From Thermoanaerobaculia bacterium (lineage in GTDB: Bacteria > Acidobacteriota > Thermoanaerobaculia > Multivoradales > Multivoraceae), in assembly GCA_963664405.1 (NCBI GenBank), contig OY761158.1, positions 4,672,001 to 4,736,000 of the forward strand: a stretch of DNA of 64,000 nt, in the 5' to 3' direction. The first letter of the stretch is position 1, and every line of letters starts with the position of its first letter. The position numbers and the translations under genes are program-made. The notes beneath the pieces were generated by a model. It worked only from the letters and a program-made list of their open reading frames with translations. It did not search any database and was not told the origin of the DNA. Shown here in pieces: positions 62,345 through 64,000 of the stretch.

Positions 62345-62477
62345 CTAGGAGCGTGTCCGAGTATTGGTCCTGAGCCGTTTCCCGGAGCGAATAGGAAGCA
62401 ACGCCTGAGTGCGCCGTCCTCGGCGCCAAACAGCAACCTAGCCGCAGGAAGTGATAGCGATCACTTCCGTAGGCTAG
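62345..62477 (+). repeat. Intact full-length family-A repeat
   Basis: CTAG-GAGCGTGTCCGAG...GCGCCGTCCTCGGCGCC...GGAAGTGAT-N4-ATCACTTCC...CTAG. Confidence 0.85.
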
Positions 62478-63712
62478 GGCCAGAGGGCTCCCTGGTTCTT
62501 CTCTTTGATTGGGCCGAGCCCTTGGTAGACGAACTTCTGCAATCGTTTTCCCTCGTAGGTCTCGGTGGTGTAGATGTTGCCTTTCGAGTCGGTGGCGATG
62601 CTGTGGACGGCGAAGAAGAGGCCTGGCTGGCGGCCGCCGTCGCCGAAGCTGGTGAGGACTTCCATGGTCTCGCGCTCGACGATGTAGACCTTCATGTTCT
62701 GGCCGTCGGCGATGTAGAGGTACTTCTGCGCCGGGTCCCTGGAGAAGGCGATATCCCAGGTCGACCCTTGGGCGAGCGTATGGGTCGCGAAGAACGCCTC
62801 TTTGACGAAAGTGCCATCGCTCTTGAAGACCTGAACCCGGTCTGAACTGCGGTCGCAGACGTAGAGCAGGCCGTCGTTGGAGAGGTCGGCGCAGTGCACC
62901 GGAGTGCGGAACTGCTTGGCCGGGGGGTTGTCCGGACTGTAGGGACCGGTATCGACGCTGTCGTCGGGCTTCCCGCCGTAGGCTCCCCAATAGCGCTTGA
63001 GCGCGCCGGTGTCGGCGTCGAGGACGGCGACACGGCGGTTGAGGTAACCGTCGGCTACGTAGATCTCGTTGGCCTCGGGATCGAAGGAGACCTTGGCCAC
63101 ACGGCCGAAGCTCTCGGTGTCGTTGCTGTCGCGCTCGAACAACTGCCGCCCGTCCGCGTTTTTCCCGGCGGCGCGAGCCCCTGCCTTGCCCAACTGCAAT
63201 AGGAATTCTCCGTCGCGCGAGAACTTCAAGATGTGTGCGTCGGAGGGCCCGTTGCCGCCGATCCACACATTGTCCTTGTTGTCGACGACAATGCCGTGGT
63301 TGGACAGCGGCCACTCGTACTCACCACTCTCGGTCGGCCCGCCCCAATGCCCGACCAGATTGCCGTCGGGGTCGAACTCGAGAACCGGCGGAGCCGGAAC
63401 ACAGCACTCGCTGAGCGGCGGATCTTGCGCGGCGCCGATTTCGTTGTTGGCGCCGAAGAGATCAGGATTGTTGCGGTGGACGATCCAGACGTGGTCCCTC
63501 GAGTCGACCGAGACGCCGATGGCGGGGCCGAGGATCCAGTGGTTCGGCAGTGGCTTGGGCCAGAATGGGTCGACTTGGAACATCGGAGCCTGCGGTCCGC
63601 TCGCGGCCGCATCGGCGGCAGGTGCCGCTTCCCCTACGGTGTCCCCGGCGCCTCCGCAGCCGAGAGAAAGAGTGAGAAGTGTGGTGAGGGCAAGAATCTT
63701 GGTCCAGTTCAT
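62474..63712 (-). CDS. NHL-repeat lipoprotein (peptidylglycine amidating lyase-like beta-propeller)
   Basis: LSLGC lipobox; VDPFWPKPLPN.W, YVADGY.N.RV, PVHC, VCDR..DR.QVF. Confidence 0.8.
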   Translation of the reverse strand: MNWTKILALTTLLTLSLGCGGAGDTVGEAAPAADAAASGPQAPMFQVDPFWPKPLPNHWILGPAIGVSVDSRDHVWIVHRNNPDLFGANNEIGAAQDPPLSECCVPAPPVLEFDPDGNLVGHWGGPTESGEYEWPLSNHGIVVDNKDNVWIGGNGPSDAHILKFSRDGEFLLQLGKAGARAAGKNADGRQLFERDSNDTESFGRVAKVSFDPEANEIYVADGYLNRRVAVLDADTGALKRYWGAYGGKPDDSVDTGPYSPDNPPAKQFRTPVHCADLSNDGLLYVCDRSSDRVQVFKSDGTFVKEAFFATHTLAQGSTWDIAFSRDPAQKYLYIADGQNMKVYIVERETMEVLTSFGDGGRQPGLFFAVHSIATDSKGNIYTTETYEGKRLQKFVYQGLGPIKEKNQGALWP

Positions 63713-63881
63713 CTCTCGTTCGCCTTTCTCGATGCGAAGGGTCGCCATCTGCTTGGCGCCGGGACTCCTGTCGCGATCCGCAATCTGACTTGTCTGAGCG
63801 AATGACAGTATACCCGTCTCCTCGATTGGTGACACGCGATATTCTTAGTCTTCGCGAGTCTCAGAGAGCTGGACCGAAACT

Positions 63882-64000
63882 TTGTCGACAACCAGTCGTA
63901 GAAGCGTTTACGTGGGGATCTTGGCGGCGTTGGCCTCCGGGCTCCTGATCGTCGCTCTGCCTCCCTCGGCGATCGCCCACGAGGTACCGGGCGACGTGGT
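63882..64000 (+). CDS. 5' end of a secreted/membrane protein, possibly HupE/UreJ-type (partial)
   Basis: Signal peptide ending AIA-HEVPGDV; runs off the right edge. Confidence 0.4.
   Translation, partial: MSTTSRRSVYVGILAALASGLLIVALPPSAIAHEVPGDV

Overview
GC-rich (roughly 65%) bacterial chromosome segment, gene-dense, with about 55 CDS. Protein families such as the PDLQGVW secreted protein, the SWKE-type HTH-TPR regulator and the C-terminal GRFEV...FWVFAAG domain suggest an Acidobacteriota (Thermoanaerobaculia-like) genome; this is an inference. Most of the content is catabolic or periplasmic: four acyl-CoA ligases, SDRs, a thiolase/OB-fold pair, badHI-like genes, an oxalate-CoA ligase/PanE-like pair, a Co-type nitrile hydratase and several beta-propellers. 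It also carries ileS (type 2), tag, toxin-antitoxin modules and a patch of decayed genes at 40.8-42.8 kb. Three things stand out. (1) A translationally coupled operon at 19.8-24.8 kb encodes FIVE paralogous QueG/reductive-dehalogenase-like cobalamin/2x[4Fe-4S] proteins plus a small HTH protein. It is divergent from a NemR-like TetR and has palindromic operators. (2) A stand-alone, promoter- and terminator-bounded structured RNA of about 280 nt at 45.39-45.67 kb has a 17-nt complement to the 16S rRNA 3' tail, a 13-codon ORF and a built-in anti-SD switch. (3) Two families of CTAG-targeting structured repeats sit at TAG stop codons, and one is nested inside the other. No rRNA, tRNA or CRISPR array was found. 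All family assignments come from motif recognition, not database searches.
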